58,104 bases of DNA, taken from contig JAJZTZ010000001.1 of the NCBI GenBank assembly GCA_021847305.1, positions 1 through 58,104 on the forward strand, written 5' to 3'. The stretch's first letter is position 1. Every line of letters begins with the position of its first letter. Position numbers and translations under genes: made by a program. Shown here in pieces: positions 5,091-15,595 of the stretch. This DNA is from Pseudomonadota bacterium. Lineage in GTDB: Bacteria; Pseudomonadota; Gammaproteobacteria; Burkholderiales; JAJZQI01. Below the pieces are notes generated by a model. The model did no database searches. It had not been told where the DNA came from and saw only the letters and a program-made list of their open reading frames with translations.

Positions 5091-6485
5091 TTAGGAAGCG
5101 GACAGGGCGTTGAGCTGGCGGCGCAGGCGGGTCAGCACTTCATCTTTGCCGATGAGTGCCAGAACGGCATCGATGGAGGGGGTTTGCGGTTCGCCGGTGA
5201 CCAGCACGCGCAGGGGCATGGCCACCTTGGGCAGTTTCAGGCCGTGTTCCGCGACGATGGCTTTCATCACGTCGTGAATGGCTTCGCGGGTCCAGTCGAT
5301 GGCTTCAAAGCGGTCGGCCACTTGTTGCATCACCGGCAGAATGTCTGCACCGACGTGCTGTTCGATGACGGCGGGTTCGGCATCCAGCGGTCGATAGAAA
5401 TACACGGCCGCATCGGCCAGTTCTTCAATGGTGTTGACGCGTTCTTTCAGCAGGTCGATGACCAGCGGCAGGGCCGGGCCATGGCTCGGGTCGCATTCGT
5501 CGCGCAGCAGAAAGGGGCGGACCAGTTCCGACAAACGGTTGCTGTCGGCCTGCTTCAGGTATTGCTGGTTGATCCAGTTGAGCTTTTCCGGGTTGAAGCG
5601 GGACGGAGAGCGGGAGATGCCTTCCAGATTGAACCATTCGGTAAACTGGTCCATGGTAAACACTTCTTCGTCGCCTTTGGCCCAGCCCAGGCGTGCCAGG
5701 TAGTTGAGCAGTGCCTCGGGCAGGTAGCCGTCTTCTTCATACTGCATCACGCTGACCGCGCCGTGGCGCTTTGACAGCTTTTCCCCGTCGTGTCCCAGAA
5801 TCATCGGTACGTGTCCGTACTTGGGCAAGGGGGCGCCGAGCGCCTTGAGGATGTTGATCTGGCGCGGTGTGTTGTTGACGTGGTCGTCGCCGCGAATCAC
5901 GTGGGTGATTTGCATGTCCCAGTCGTCCACCACCACGCAGAAGTTGTAGGTAGGTGAACCGTCCGAGCGGGCAATGATCAGGTCGTCCAGCTCGCTGTTC
6001 TGCACAATGATCTGCCCTTTCACCAGGTCGTCGATGACAACGGCGCCGTCGAGCGGGTTCTTGAAGCGGACAACCGGTGACACGCCGGTCGGGGGCGTGG
6101 CGGTTGAGTCGCGCCAACGACGGTCGTAGCGGGGTTTCTCGCCTTTGGCCATCTGCTCTTCGCGCATGGCATCGAGCTCTTCCTTGCTGGCGTAGCAGTA
6201 ATAGGCTTTGCCTTCGGCCAGCAATTGGTCGATCACTTCCTTGTAGCGATCCATGCGCTTGGTCTGATAGAAAGGACCTTCGTCGTAGTCGAGCCCAAGC
6301 CACTTCATGGCATCGAGAATGACCTGGGTGTTTTCCGGGGTGGAGCGTTCCAGATCGGTGTCTTCAATACGCAGAACAAAGGTACCCTTGTGCCGGCGAG
6401 CGAATGCCCAGGAGAACAGGGCAGTACGGGCGCCGCCCAAGTGCAGATAACCGGTGGGGCTGGGAGCGAAACGGGTGCGGACCAT
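5091..6485 (-). CDS. gltX: Glutamyl-tRNA synthetase
   Basis: 464-aa ORF. The N-terminus [20 protein letters not shown] carries the HIGH-type motif. KLSKR is the KMSKS-type motif. Confidence 0.96.
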   Translation of the reverse strand: MVRTRFAPSPTGYLHLGGARTALFSWAFARRHKGTFVLRIEDTDLERSTPENTQVILDAMKWLGLDYDEGPFYQTKRMDRYKEVIDQLLAEGKAYYCYASKEELDAMREEQMAKGEKPRYDRRWRDSTATPPTGVSPVVRFKNPLDGAVVIDDLVKGQIIVQNSELDDLIIARSDGSPTYNFCVVVDDWDMQITHVIRGDDHVNNTPRQINILKALGAPLPKYGHVPMILGHDGEKLSKRHGAVSVMQYEEDGYLPEALLNYLARLGWAKGDEEVFTMDQFTEWFNLEGISRSPSRFNPEKLNWINQQYLKQADSNRLSELVRPFLLRDECDPSHGPALPLVIDLLKERVNTIEELADAAVYFYRPLDAEPAVIEQHVGADILPVMQQVADRFEAIDWTREAIHDVMKAIVAEHGLKLPKVAMPLRVLVTGEPQTPSIDAVLALIGKDEVLTRLRRQLNALSAS

Positions 6486-6645
6486 GGCAGTGAGCTGAGT
6501 GAATCAAAGCCGCTATTTTACGCAATAACTGGCAATGCCGCCATGTTGCAGCCGAGGTAAAGAGGGGGCCAGTGCTGGCAGAAGTGGTTCTAGGTGGGCT
6601 GGGAGCGATCTGCTACCATGCGCCAGCTAGAGCGCTATATTGTTT

Positions 6646-7578
6646 ATGACAACACTGGTTAATACCGCCACACACCGGCAGGATGCATTCTGGGGAATTC
6701 TCTTTTCCCTGTTGGCCGCTATTGGTTTTTCCATCAAGTCCATTCTGGTCAAGCTGGCCTATGTATACGTGGTGGATGCAGTCACCTTGCTGACCCTGCG
6801 GATGGTCTTCTCCGTGCCGTTTTTTCTGATGATCGCCTTCTGGGCTGGGGCCCGCCAGCAGGAGCCGTTGCAAAAACGGAAGTGGCTGGTGATCGGTGCG
6901 CTCGGCTTGGGCTATTACCTGTTCAATTATCTGGATTTTCTCGGCCTGCAGTATGTTTCCGCCGGGCTTGAGCGGCTGATCCAGTTTCTCTACCCGACTT
7001 TGACGGTGGTGCTGGCGGCCTTGCTTTATCGTCGGGCTATCTCCTCCAAGGTGATTGCCGCCATGCTGCTCAGTTACGCCGGTATCGCCATGGTGTTCAT
7101 GCATGATGTGCGGGTCAGCGAGAGTGGAATTGTGCTGGGCGCGTCGCTGGTTTTTGCCAGTACGCTGTTCTACGCGATCTATCTGGTGGGGGCGGGGCAC
7201 TCGATTGCACGCATGGGAACGGTGAGATTCACGGCTTATGCGATGCTGATCGCCAGCACCATCAGCGTGAGTCAGTTTGCCCTGACACACCCGCTGACAG
7301 CGCTGGTGCAACCCGCGCCGGTGTATCAGCTGGCCTTTATGATGGCGATCTTTTCCACCGTTTTGCCGGTATTCCTGTTAACGGCCGGTATCCGCCGGAT
7401 CGGTTCCGGCGAGGCTTCTCTGATCGGCTCGATCGGCCCGGTGTTTACCATTTACCTGGCGCATGTGTTCCTTGATGAGCATGTTTCTGCCTTGCAAATC
7501 GGCGGGTCGCTTCTTGTATTGGTCGGTGTGGTTGCGGTCAGTCTGAGCAGCCGCAGCGATGTTCGGCCGATCAGCTGA
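6646..7578 (+). CDS. EamA/DMT-family transporter
   Basis: ~310 aa with about ten hydrophobic segments in a two-fold arrangement. ATG at 6646 (TTG at 6640 is also possible). Confidence 0.8.
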   Translation: MTTLVNTATHRQDAFWGILFSLLAAIGFSIKSILVKLAYVYVVDAVTLLTLRMVFSVPFFLMIAFWAGARQQEPLQKRKWLVIGALGLGYYLFNYLDFLGLQYVSAGLERLIQFLYPTLTVVLAALLYRRAISSKVIAAMLLSYAGIAMVFMHDVRVSESGIVLGASLVFASTLFYAIYLVGAGHSIARMGTVRFTAYAMLIASTISVSQFALTHPLTALVQPAPVYQLAFMMAIFSTVLPVFLLTAGIRRIGSGEASLIGSIGPVFTIYLAHVFLDEHVSALQIGGSLLVLVGVVAVSLSSRSDVRPIS

Positions 7579-7587
7579 TCTGCCCGA

Positions 7588-8106
7588 TTATCTCGCCTCC
7601 GGCGGACCATGACGTTTCTGTTCTGCCAATGGCAAGGTCAGCGTTTCCTTCACTTCTTCCATCACGATATAGCTTCTTGATTCCTGCGCGCCGGGCAGCG
7701 TGAGCAGAATGTCGCCCAGCAAAGTCCGGTAATCCGACATTTGCGGAATGCGCGCCTTGACCAGGTAATCAAAGTCACCCGAAACCAGATGACATTCCAG
7801 CACGCTGGGCAGTTTGATGATTGCCCGTTTGAACTTCTCGAAAATGGTCCCTGACTTGGCGGACAGCTTGATCTCGACAAACACCAGCAGGTTGAGGTCC
7901 AGCGCATTGGGGTCGATACGGGCGTAGTAGCCCAGAATGACGCCCTCTTTTTCCAGGCGCTTTATCCGCTCCCCGCAGGGCGTGACTGACAGACCCACTT
8001 TTTCGGCCAGATCGGTGATGGAAATACGGGCGTCTGTTTGCAGGATGGAAAGAATTTTACGGTCGATATTGTCCAGTTCGCGGACGGCATGGGTGCGGAT
8101 TCTCAT
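7588..8106 (-). CDS. lrp: Lrp/AsnC-family transcriptional regulator
   Basis: LDNIDRKILSILQTDARISITDLAEKVGLSVTPCGERIKRLEKEGVILGY...LLVFVEIKL closely parallels E. coli Lrp. It is divergent from dadA. Confidence 0.9.
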   Translation of the reverse strand: MRIRTHAVRELDNIDRKILSILQTDARISITDLAEKVGLSVTPCGERIKRLEKEGVILGYYARIDPNALDLNLLVFVEIKLSAKSGTIFEKFKRAIIKLPSVLECHLVSGDFDYLVKARIPQMSDYRTLLGDILLTLPGAQESRSYIVMEEVKETLTLPLAEQKRHGPPEAR

Positions 8107-8306
8107 AGGATTTTACTGTGTAGTTAAAATTGCTGGAATTTTTATGATTACATAATGAATATATATTGTCAGTCAAAAAATATGCAATTTTTTACTGGAT
8201 AATCTGGAAATATAGAAAATTCACCTGGCGGGTGAGGCGTACACTCTGGCCGTAATAGGGCTGTAAAAGGCCATTTATCGAGATGGGCTTCTTCTGGGGG
8301 TGTGGG

Positions 8307-9617
8307 ATGCGAGTTGTTGTTCTGGGTAGCGGGGTGGTGGGGGTGACCAGTGCGTATTACCTGGCGAAGGCGGGATTTTCCGTGACGGTGCTGGATCGCC
8401 AAAGCGGGCCGGGTATGGAAACGAGTTTTGCCAATGCGGGGCAGGTATCGCCCGGCTATTCGGCGCCCTGGGCCGCTCCGGGTATTCCCTTGAAGGCGGT
8501 CAAGTGGCTGTTCCAGCGCCATGCCCCGCTGTCGATCCGACCGGACGGCTCCTTGTGGCAGTGGCAGTGGCTGGGAATGATGTTGCGCAACTGCACGGAG
8601 GACCGCTATGCCGTTAACAAATCGCGCATGGTGCGGCTGGCGGAATACAGCCGCGACTGTTTGCGCGAGCTGCGGGCGGAGACCGGTATTCAATATGAGC
8701 AGCGTACGCAGGGAACGCTGCAGGTCTTTCGTACGCAACAGCAGCTGGATGCGGCTGGAAAAGACATTGCCGTGCTGGCCGAGTGCGGAGTGCCTTATGA
8801 GGTGCTGGACCGCGATGGCTGCGCGAGCGCGGAACCGGCGTTGGGCCTGGTAAAAGAAAAACTGGTCGGCGGCTTGCGCCTGCCGGGCGACGAGACGGGC
8901 GACTGCCAGCTCTTTACCACGCGTTTGGTAGAAGAGGCGCGTAAGCTGGGTGTCGAATTTCGCTACAACTTTCCGATCGAGCGCCTGCTGACTGCCAACG
9001 GCAAGGTGACGGGCGTTGAAGGCGGCGGGGAACGGATCGAGGCCGATCAGTTTGTGGTGTCTCTGGGCAGCTATTCGCGCGATTTGCTGCAATCGCTCGG
9101 CATGAAGATCCCAGTCTATCCGGTCAAAGGTTATTCCCTCACCGTTCCGATCACCAATCCGGCTGCGGCACCGGTTTCGACCATCATGGACGAAACGTAC
9201 AAGATCGCCATCACGCGTTTTGACGACCGTATCCGTTTGGGCGGCATGGCCGAACTGGCGGGCTTTGATTTGCAGCTGAATCCGAAACGGCGGGAAACGC
9301 TGGAAATGGTGGCCGGCGACCTGTTCCCGCAGGGCGGGGATATTCCGTCGGCCACCTTCTGGACCGGTCTGCGGCCGATGACGCCGGATGGCACGCCGAT
9401 CATCGGCGGCACCCCTTACGAAAACCTGTGGCTGAATACCGGCCACGGCACCCTGGGGTGGACCATGTCGTGCGGTTCCGCTCGCGTGTTGGCGGATCTC
9501 GTTGCCCGCCGCCGCCCGGCGATTGAAGCCCGGGACCTGGGGCCCTGTCGTTATGAGCCCGGCGTGCCCGATTGCAATCCGGCCGCGTCGATGGCGATGT
9601 CTGGCGCGACAAAATAA
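8307..9617 (+). CDS. dadA: D-amino acid dehydrogenase
   Basis: [32 protein letters not shown] is an FAD GxGxxG fold. It is DadA-like throughout. The ATG at 8307 lies inside track ORF 8283..9617. Confidence 0.93.
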   Translation: MRVVVLGSGVVGVTSAYYLAKAGFSVTVLDRQSGPGMETSFANAGQVSPGYSAPWAAPGIPLKAVKWLFQRHAPLSIRPDGSLWQWQWLGMMLRNCTEDRYAVNKSRMVRLAEYSRDCLRELRAETGIQYEQRTQGTLQVFRTQQQLDAAGKDIAVLAECGVPYEVLDRDGCASAEPALGLVKEKLVGGLRLPGDETGDCQLFTTRLVEEARKLGVEFRYNFPIERLLTANGKVTGVEGGGERIEADQFVVSLGSYSRDLLQSLGMKIPVYPVKGYSLTVPITNPAAAPVSTIMDETYKIAITRFDDRIRLGGMAELAGFDLQLNPKRRETLEMVAGDLFPQGGDIPSATFWTGLRPMTPDGTPIIGGTPYENLWLNTGHGTLGWTMSCGSARVLADLVARRRPAIEARDLGPCRYEPGVPDCNPAASMAMSGATK

Positions 9618-9641
9618 TTAAGAATAGAAGGCATATGCAGT

Positions 9642-10727
9642 ATGAGTCGACCTACAACCGCGCGCGTCCGCCTGGATGCGCTGCGCCATAATTATCTTCA
9701 GGCAAAAGCGTTGCATGGCGAACGGGCGCTGGCCGTGGTCAAGGCAAACGCCTACGGTCATGGAGCGGTGCAGTGTGCCAAAGCCCTGGAAACCGTCGCG
9801 GATGGTTTTGCCGTTGCCGCAATCGAAGAGGCGCTGGCCCTCAGAACTGCCGGCATCAACGGACCGATTTTGCTGCTGGAAGGTTTTTTTGAAGCGAGTG
9901 AGTTGGCGGAGATTGTTGATCAGGATTTGTGGACGGTCGTGCATCATCCCTGGCAGCTTGAGGCTTTGCTTGCCAGCAAGCTTGATAAGCCCATTACCGT
10001 ATGGCTCAAGATGGACAGCGGCATGCACCGGGTCGGCTTTGATCCGGCCATGTTTCGACAGGCTTATGAGCAACTCAGCGCCAGCCCCAATGTGCGTCAA
10101 ATTGTCCTGATGAGCCACTTTGCCCGGGCCGATGAACCGAATGCGGCGCACCCCAAGCAGCAAATGGAAATTTTCCGTGCAACGACCGAGGGTATCGAGG
10201 CTCCGGTCAGTCTGTCCAATTCGGCGGGCATTCTCGGTTGGCCGTCGACGCATGTGAACTGGGGCCGACCGGGGATCATGCTCTATGGCGTGAATCCTTT
10301 CGATGGCCTGGAAGCCAGTCAAGAGGTGACCGGCGACTTGCGCCCGGTGATGCAGCTCGAGTCGGCTGTTATTGCCGTGCGCTCGATTGCGCCTGGAGAG
10401 CCCGTCGGCTACGGCGGAGCTTTCGTCGCCGACCGGCCGACACGAGTGGGCGTGGTGGCGTGCGGTTATGCCGATGGTTATCCACGCATTGCGCCAACCG
10501 GGACACCGGTTGCAGTGGATGGACAATTGACGCGTTTGATCGGCCGGGTGTCGATGGACATGCTGACCGTCGATTTGACCGATTTGCCCGCAGCCGGGCT
10601 GGGCAGCCGTGTCGAATTGTGGGGTGACACCGTGCCTGTCAGCCGGGTGGCCGGCCTGGCCGGCACGATCGCCTATGAAATTTTATGCAATGTGAAGCGT
10701 GCCCGTTTCCATTATTCCGATAATTGA
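9642..10727 (+). CDS. dadX: Alanine racemase (catabolic, dadA-linked)
   Basis: 361 aa with the PLP-lysine motif VVKANAYGHG. It lies immediately downstream of dadA. Confidence 0.93.
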   Translation: MSRPTTARVRLDALRHNYLQAKALHGERALAVVKANAYGHGAVQCAKALETVADGFAVAAIEEALALRTAGINGPILLLEGFFEASELAEIVDQDLWTVVHHPWQLEALLASKLDKPITVWLKMDSGMHRVGFDPAMFRQAYEQLSASPNVRQIVLMSHFARADEPNAAHPKQQMEIFRATTEGIEAPVSLSNSAGILGWPSTHVNWGRPGIMLYGVNPFDGLEASQEVTGDLRPVMQLESAVIAVRSIAPGEPVGYGGAFVADRPTRVGVVACGYADGYPRIAPTGTPVAVDGQLTRLIGRVSMDMLTVDLTDLPAAGLGSRVELWGDTVPVSRVAGLAGTIAYEILCNVKRARFHYSDN

Positions 10728-11355
10728 AGGAAATTCCGATGAAACAGATTCAAAATACATGCGGCCATGTCCAGTGGACAATGTGTGGTATTCGTCAAGA
10801 ATCAGCAGGCTGCCGTACTTAGTCGTCAATTGCCGCAGCTTTTCGATAAAGTTAGGTGGAGACGATCCATATCGCAATTTGCCAGGGCCAGTTCAAGCAA
10901 TGCGTAGGCGACTTCGGTTGCTAGTGCGTGTTCCATTGTTGCGACATCGGTGAAATCGACGGCAACGGTATTAAAGTCTCAGGGCGAACATCTGGTCGAG
11001 CAAAATGGTTCGGCGGAGAGTGTAGCCACGTTCGAGGTCAACTAGGGCGTCATCAATCGTGCCGTGGTAGCAACTGTCGAACACCAGCAGTTTTGATGAC
11101 GGCGCGCCCATTTCGGGTGTAAGCGCGTCGGAATGGCGTGTCTGGGCTGTGGCCAAAATGGCGCCATCAGATAATATTCAAAGTGGCTCTGTGGGTCATT
11201 TGTTGGGTTATCCGAGCGAAGAGATATCTGAAATGGCAAGTTTTCCTGAAGTGATTTTGCAGTCTGCTCCAAATTTGATTTGTTCCACGGCGTGCGCAAC
11301 GTTTTTCCTTTTGCCTGAACGACGACGATGATCGTCTGGCTGGAATTGCAATCAC
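10683..11355 (-). pseudogene. Decayed class-III (GSA-aminomutase-like) aminotransferase remnant
   Basis: Fragments lie in three - strand frames: ...SSKLLVFDSCYHGTIDDALV; VAVDFTDVATMEHALATEVAYALLELALAN; PPNFIEKLRQLTTKYGSLLILDEYHT. Frameshifts and stops interrupt them. The C-terminal third is missing and the remnant abuts or overlaps the dadX end. Confidence 0.6.
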
Positions 11356-11394
11356 CTATAGTGGATCAACTGAACTGAACGGAGTGGTACTCTC

Positions 11395-12339
11395 ATGAAT
11401 CATGCATTTGCTTATCTGTCTTCCGGCGGCTTCCTCGGCCTGCCCATCACCCACGGCGCAGCGGCGTCCGACTCATCCAAGACGTTCGCCATTGCCGGCA
11501 TCAACTGGGACGGCAGCGTAACGAACCGGCCGGGGGCGCGCCTCGGACCCAATGCCATCAGACAGTCCAGCCGGATGTTGTGCGATGCCACGCATCCGCT
11601 GTTCGACGTGTCGCCCTTCGATCAGTTGGTCGATCTGGGCGACTTGCTGCTGCCCAATACCGGACTTGAATCCATGCGCGCCGCATTGATGCCGCAGGCC
11701 CAGGCGCTGCTCGGCAAGCACGAAATGGCGTGGCTGGGCGGCGATCATTCCATCACCCTGCCATTGCTGCGTGCCTATCATGCGCATTATGGAAAACCGC
11801 TGGCCTGTATTCACTTCGACGCACATTGCGATACCTGGACCGACCATTTTGGCGAGCCATCGGGTCATGGCACCTGGGTGTATGAAGCGATTACCGAAGG
11901 ACTGGTGATGCCGGAAGCCTTTATTCAGGTTGGCATCCGCTCATCCGGCGTGCGTGAGGCGCGCGAGTTCGTCAATGACAGGGGCGGGCGCATTTTCACC
12001 GCCCGCGAATTGCGCGGCCGTGACGGCGACGCCTTGCAGAGCGTGATCAGCGAGGTGAAAGAGCGCCTGGCCAAGGCCGGCAATCCTCCCGTTTACCTCA
12101 CCTTCGATATCGATGCGCTGGACCCGGCCTACGCTCCGGGAACTGGCACGCCCGAACCCGGCGGCCTGACCACGGCACAGGCGATGACCTTGCTGGAGGG
12201 TTGGCATGATCTGAACTGGGTGGGAATGGATTGCACCGAGGTTGCTCCGCCGTTCGATTACTCCGAACTGACCAGCAACGCGGCGGCAACTCTGGTGTGG
12301 ACGTGGATGTGCGGACGCATGGCCGCCGGCATTAAATAA
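11395..12339 (+). CDS. Agmatinase-family ureohydrolase (SpeB/GbuA-like)
   Basis: 314 aa with the Mn-site motifs GGDHSITLPLL, HFDAHCDTW and TFDIDALDP. Confidence 0.88.
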   Translation: MNHAFAYLSSGGFLGLPITHGAAASDSSKTFAIAGINWDGSVTNRPGARLGPNAIRQSSRMLCDATHPLFDVSPFDQLVDLGDLLLPNTGLESMRAALMPQAQALLGKHEMAWLGGDHSITLPLLRAYHAHYGKPLACIHFDAHCDTWTDHFGEPSGHGTWVYEAITEGLVMPEAFIQVGIRSSGVREAREFVNDRGGRIFTARELRGRDGDALQSVISEVKERLAKAGNPPVYLTFDIDALDPAYAPGTGTPEPGGLTTAQAMTLLEGWHDLNWVGMDCTEVAPPFDYSELTSNAAATLVWTWMCGRMAAGIK

Positions 12340-12353
12340 GAAAGAGCCCTTGC

Positions 12354-13015
12354 TTGCCTGTGAACAAAAGCTGCGCCAGAACTCCTACTACACGGCCAGC
12401 GCTCATTCGCGTGCACCCGCTTCATCGCTGGGGGGATGTCAGCGCCGATGTTTGTGTCGTCGGGGCGGGCTTGGCCGGGTTGTCGTCCGCGATTGAGCTG
12501 GCCGAACGGGGTTTCGCGGTGGTTGTGCTGGAAGCGGAAACGGTGGGCTGGGGGGCGAGCGGCCGCAACGGCGGGCAGATTATCGCGGGGCTTGCTTGCG
12601 ATCAAGCCGTGATCGAGAAATCCCTGGGCATGGATGCGGCACGGCAGGCCTGGGATATCACGCTTGAAGCGCTGGATCTGGTGCGCGAGCGGGTCAAACG
12701 ATTCGATATCCGGTGTGATCTTACCGATGGTTTCCTGACTCCTGGGGCGGCTTCGTCGATATCACCATGAATCGGGCGCCGGACTTCGGCTGTGTGAGCC
12801 CCAATATCTACTATCTGCAGGGTTTTTCCGGGCATGGCGTGGCCTTGACCGGAATGGCCGGCAGGCTGGCGGCCGAAGCAATTGCCGGACAGGCGGGCCG
12901 TTTCGATTTGCTGGCGAAAATTTCCCACCATAATTTCCCCGGCGGCAAGTGGTTGCGTACCCCGGCACTCGTTCTGGGCATGGCATGGTACCGCTTGCGC
13001 GATGCCTGGGGCTGA
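12354..13015 (+). pseudogene. puuB: Gamma-glutamylputrescine oxidase-like FAD oxidoreductase (PuuB-like) with a large internal deletion and frameshifts
   Basis: The N-terminal part reads NSYYTASA (other frame) then DVCVVGAGLAGLSSAIELAERGFAVVVLEAETVGWGASGRNGGQ. At ~12735-12745 it joins out of frame to the C-terminal ~90 aa: WGGFVDITMNRAPDFGCVSPNIYYLQGFSGHGVAL...FPGGKWLRTP. The middle ~200 codons are absent. Confidence 0.75.
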
Positions 13016-13021
13016 ACGGGT

Positions 13022-14518
13022 TTAGTAGCTGAGCGCCGCCTGGATAACGTCCGCCAGAATGCGGCCGTAAGGCGCGATGCGTTCCGTGGCGGCGTAGGCG
13101 TAACCGACAATCAGGCCCTTTTCGACTTTGTCGCCGACACCATAGCTGGATAGCGGATAAACCCGTAATCCCTGTTCCGCCGCCAAATCGGCCACGCGCA
13201 CATCGTCGGCGTGGGGGGGGAGCTCTACCACCAGGTGCAACCCTGAGCCAGCCGGCGGCAATCGCGCACCCACCCGGGTTACCGGGGCGAGGGCCTTTTG
13301 CAGCAGGCGGCGGCGCTCGGCATAAATCTGTCGCAGCCGCCGGATATGGCTGGCAAAGTGGCCTTCTTCAATAAATTCGGCCAGAGCGGCCTGAATTACG
13401 ACTTGACCCGGGCGTTGCAACTCATACAAGCCGCGCTTGAAACTTTCCGCCAGATCCGGCGGGACCACCAGATAACCGAGTTTGATACCGGGGTACATGA
13501 CCTTGGAAAAGGTCCCCAGATAGAGCACCCGTCCATTCTGATCCATCCCCTGCAGGGAGGACAGCGGCCGCCCCTCGAAGCGGAATTCGCTGTCGTAATC
13601 GTCTTCCAGAATCCAGGAGTCCTGGCTGGCAGCATAATCGAGCAGCAAGCGGCGCCGACCATAACTCATCACGACGCCTTTGGGGTATTGATGCGAGGGT
13701 GTCGTGTAGATAAGCCGAGGCGGCCGGCGAAAGTCGGCGTTATTGGGCGCCATTCCTTCATCGTCCACCGTCACGGGATGCAGCTGCAGTCCGTTGACCT
13801 CCAGAAGGCGGCGGGCGCCCCAATAGCAGGGATTTTCCACCCAGACCCGGTCGCCGTGATCAGTCAGCATGCGCGCGCACAGGTCGATGGACTGCTGCGT
13901 GCCGGCGGTGATCAAGACTTGCTCAACGGTCAGATTGACGGCCCGTGACATGCGCAGGTAATTGGCAATGGCGCGGCGCAGGGGCAGGTGTCCGCCGGCG
14001 TGGCCATAGTCCAGATGGGCGGGCTGGGGCGCGCGCCACTGCTTGTTTAACAGACGACGCCATAATTGGGTGGGAAAAGTGGAGAAATCGTCTTCTCCCG
14101 GTGCGAAGGGTTGCACCTCATGGCTCGGATGGTCGGCCAGACCGGCGGCCAGCATGCCCCTCTTTGACAGACCCAGTGAACGGTGAAGCGCATCCATGCC
14201 GGCATTGCTTTGTGCATCGTCGAGTTCTATAAATCCTTCAGGCGGGGTGGTCGCGACACAGGTGCCGCTGCCGGTGCGGGAAACAATATAGCCCTCGTCG
14301 TGCAGCTGCTCAAAGGCGGCGAGGATGGTGTTGCGGGACAAGCTGAGCGCTTCGGACAGACTGCGGGTGGAAGGCAGCCGTGTTCCCGCGGTCAGGTGCT
14401 GGCTGGCGATGGCGCGACGGATCAATTCATACACGCGGCGATGCGCGGGCATGCCGGCAGGAAAGCGGTGCTGTTTCAGTTCGGTTAACAGCCACTCGGA
14501 TATGGTCAGTGATTCCAA
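13022..14518 (-). CDS. MocR/GabR-type regulator (GntR wHTH fused to an aminotransferase-like domain)
   Basis: 498 aa. The N-terminal wHTH is RLPSTRSLSEALSLSRNTILAAFEQLHDEGYI. A long fold-type-I aminotransferase-like C-terminal domain follows. TTG start, uncertain. Confidence 0.88.
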   Translation of the reverse strand: MESLTISEWLLTELKQHRFPAGMPAHRRVYELIRRAIASQHLTAGTRLPSTRSLSEALSLSRNTILAAFEQLHDEGYIVSRTGSGTCVATTPPEGFIELDDAQSNAGMDALHRSLGLSKRGMLAAGLADHPSHEVQPFAPGEDDFSTFPTQLWRRLLNKQWRAPQPAHLDYGHAGGHLPLRRAIANYLRMSRAVNLTVEQVLITAGTQQSIDLCARMLTDHGDRVWVENPCYWGARRLLEVNGLQLHPVTVDDEGMAPNNADFRRPPRLIYTTPSHQYPKGVVMSYGRRRLLLDYAASQDSWILEDDYDSEFRFEGRPLSSLQGMDQNGRVLYLGTFSKVMYPGIKLGYLVVPPDLAESFKRGLYELQRPGQVVIQAALAEFIEEGHFASHIRRLRQIYAERRRLLQKALAPVTRVGARLPPAGSGLHLVVELPPHADDVRVADLAAEQGLRVYPLSSYGVGDKVEKGLIVGYAYAATERIAPYGRILADVIQAALSY

Positions 14519-14537
14519 ATTCGTTCCAAAATAAAGT

Positions 14538-14579
14538 GGTACCAGTATATTTACTTAAATGGCTCTTGTATGCATACCA
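14538..14579. promoter_or_regulatory. Candidate MocR operator: direct repeat GTACCA / ATACCA plus palindrome GTATGCATAC
   Basis: GGTACCA lies at 14538-14544 and ATACCA at 14574-14579 (35 bp start to start). The perfect 10-bp palindrome GTATGCATAC is at 14568-14577. All sit in the divergent MocR / puuD intergenic region. Confidence 0.3.
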
Positions 14580-14751
14580 ATTTGAGGGAAGAATACTCCT
14601 AAAGCAAGTCGAATCGCAATAATATATTCATATAAAACAATATATTGAGTTTTTGTTTCGGTTTGCGGGGCGGCAATTCCAATTTGCTTGATGTCAGGAG
14701 ATGGCCGAAGTATCGGGGCCAATTCACAAATAAAGTCATAAATTTAATGCG

Positions 14752-15552
14752 ATGAATTTCTGTCGCCAGCATGGTGTGAAAGTGCAAAGTCGTAATGCCA
14801 AGCCGGTTGTACTGCTTCCGGCGGATAACAAGATGATCGGGGATCACCGTTTCCATGCGGTGGGCCATAAGTATGTCAATGCGGTGGTCGCGGCAATGGA
14901 TGCGTTGCCCTTGCTGATCCCGTCTTTGGGGGATGAGAGCGACATTGCCGCCCTGCTGGAGGTGGCCGACGGCATTCTTTTGCCCGGCGCGGTTTCCAAT
15001 GTGCACCCTGCGCACTTCGATCAAGCGGTCCACAACCCGGCCCTGCCATTGGATCCTGGGCGAGACGGCCTGACTTTGCGCTTGATCCGTGCGGCCGTGG
15101 AGGCCGGCATTCCGCTACTGGGGATTTGCCGCGGCTTTCAGGAAATCAATGTGGCGTACGGCGGCAGTCTGTACCAGGCGGTGCATGAAACGGCGGGCAT
15201 GGCCGATCATCGCGAACCGGCAGATCAACCGCTGGATGTCCAGTACGGCCAGATCCATCCGGTCAATGTGGTCGCTGGCGGACTGCTGGCCAGGATCACC
15301 GGCTGCGCTACGTTCAGGGTGAATTCCTTGCATGGGCAGGGTATTGATCGTTTGGGCGCCGGCTTGGTGGCGGAGGCCTACGCGCCCGATGGTCTGGTTG
15401 AAGCCATCAGCGTTGAGCAGGCAAAAAATTTCGCTTTGGCTGTGCAATGGCACCCCGAATGGAAAGTACTTGAAACGCCGGCATACCTGGCTATATTCCG
15501 CGCTTTTGCAGAAGCATGCAGGGCGCATGCAGGCGAACGCTTGCCTGGTTAA
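14752..15552 (+). CDS. puuD: Gamma-glutamyl-GABA hydrolase (peptidase C26 / class-I amidotransferase; SpuA/PuuD-like)
   Basis: Nucleophile motif LLGICRGFQEINVAYGG. The position before puuA/spuC matches the spu operon order. Start uncertain. Confidence 0.85.
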   Translation: MNFCRQHGVKVQSRNAKPVVLLPADNKMIGDHRFHAVGHKYVNAVVAAMDALPLLIPSLGDESDIAALLEVADGILLPGAVSNVHPAHFDQAVHNPALPLDPGRDGLTLRLIRAAVEAGIPLLGICRGFQEINVAYGGSLYQAVHETAGMADHREPADQPLDVQYGQIHPVNVVAGGLLARITGCATFRVNSLHGQGIDRLGAGLVAEAYAPDGLVEAISVEQAKNFALAVQWHPEWKVLETPAYLAIFRAFAEACRAHAGERLPG

Positions 15553-15595
15553 GCGTAGCGACAAGACAATAACAAAGAGGTTTTGGAGAACCGCA

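Noticed and set aside
8169-9446. Long antisense or overlapping ORFs over core genes: 8169..9446, 9618..10526, 15599..16960, 18496..19926, 19763..21196, 23844..25292, 31828..32856, 38421..40103, 54596..56005, 56811..57626
   Set aside because: All lie opposite or out of frame to genes with clear motifs. Their Arg/Ala/Gly/His-rich composition is typical of GC-rich shadow frames.
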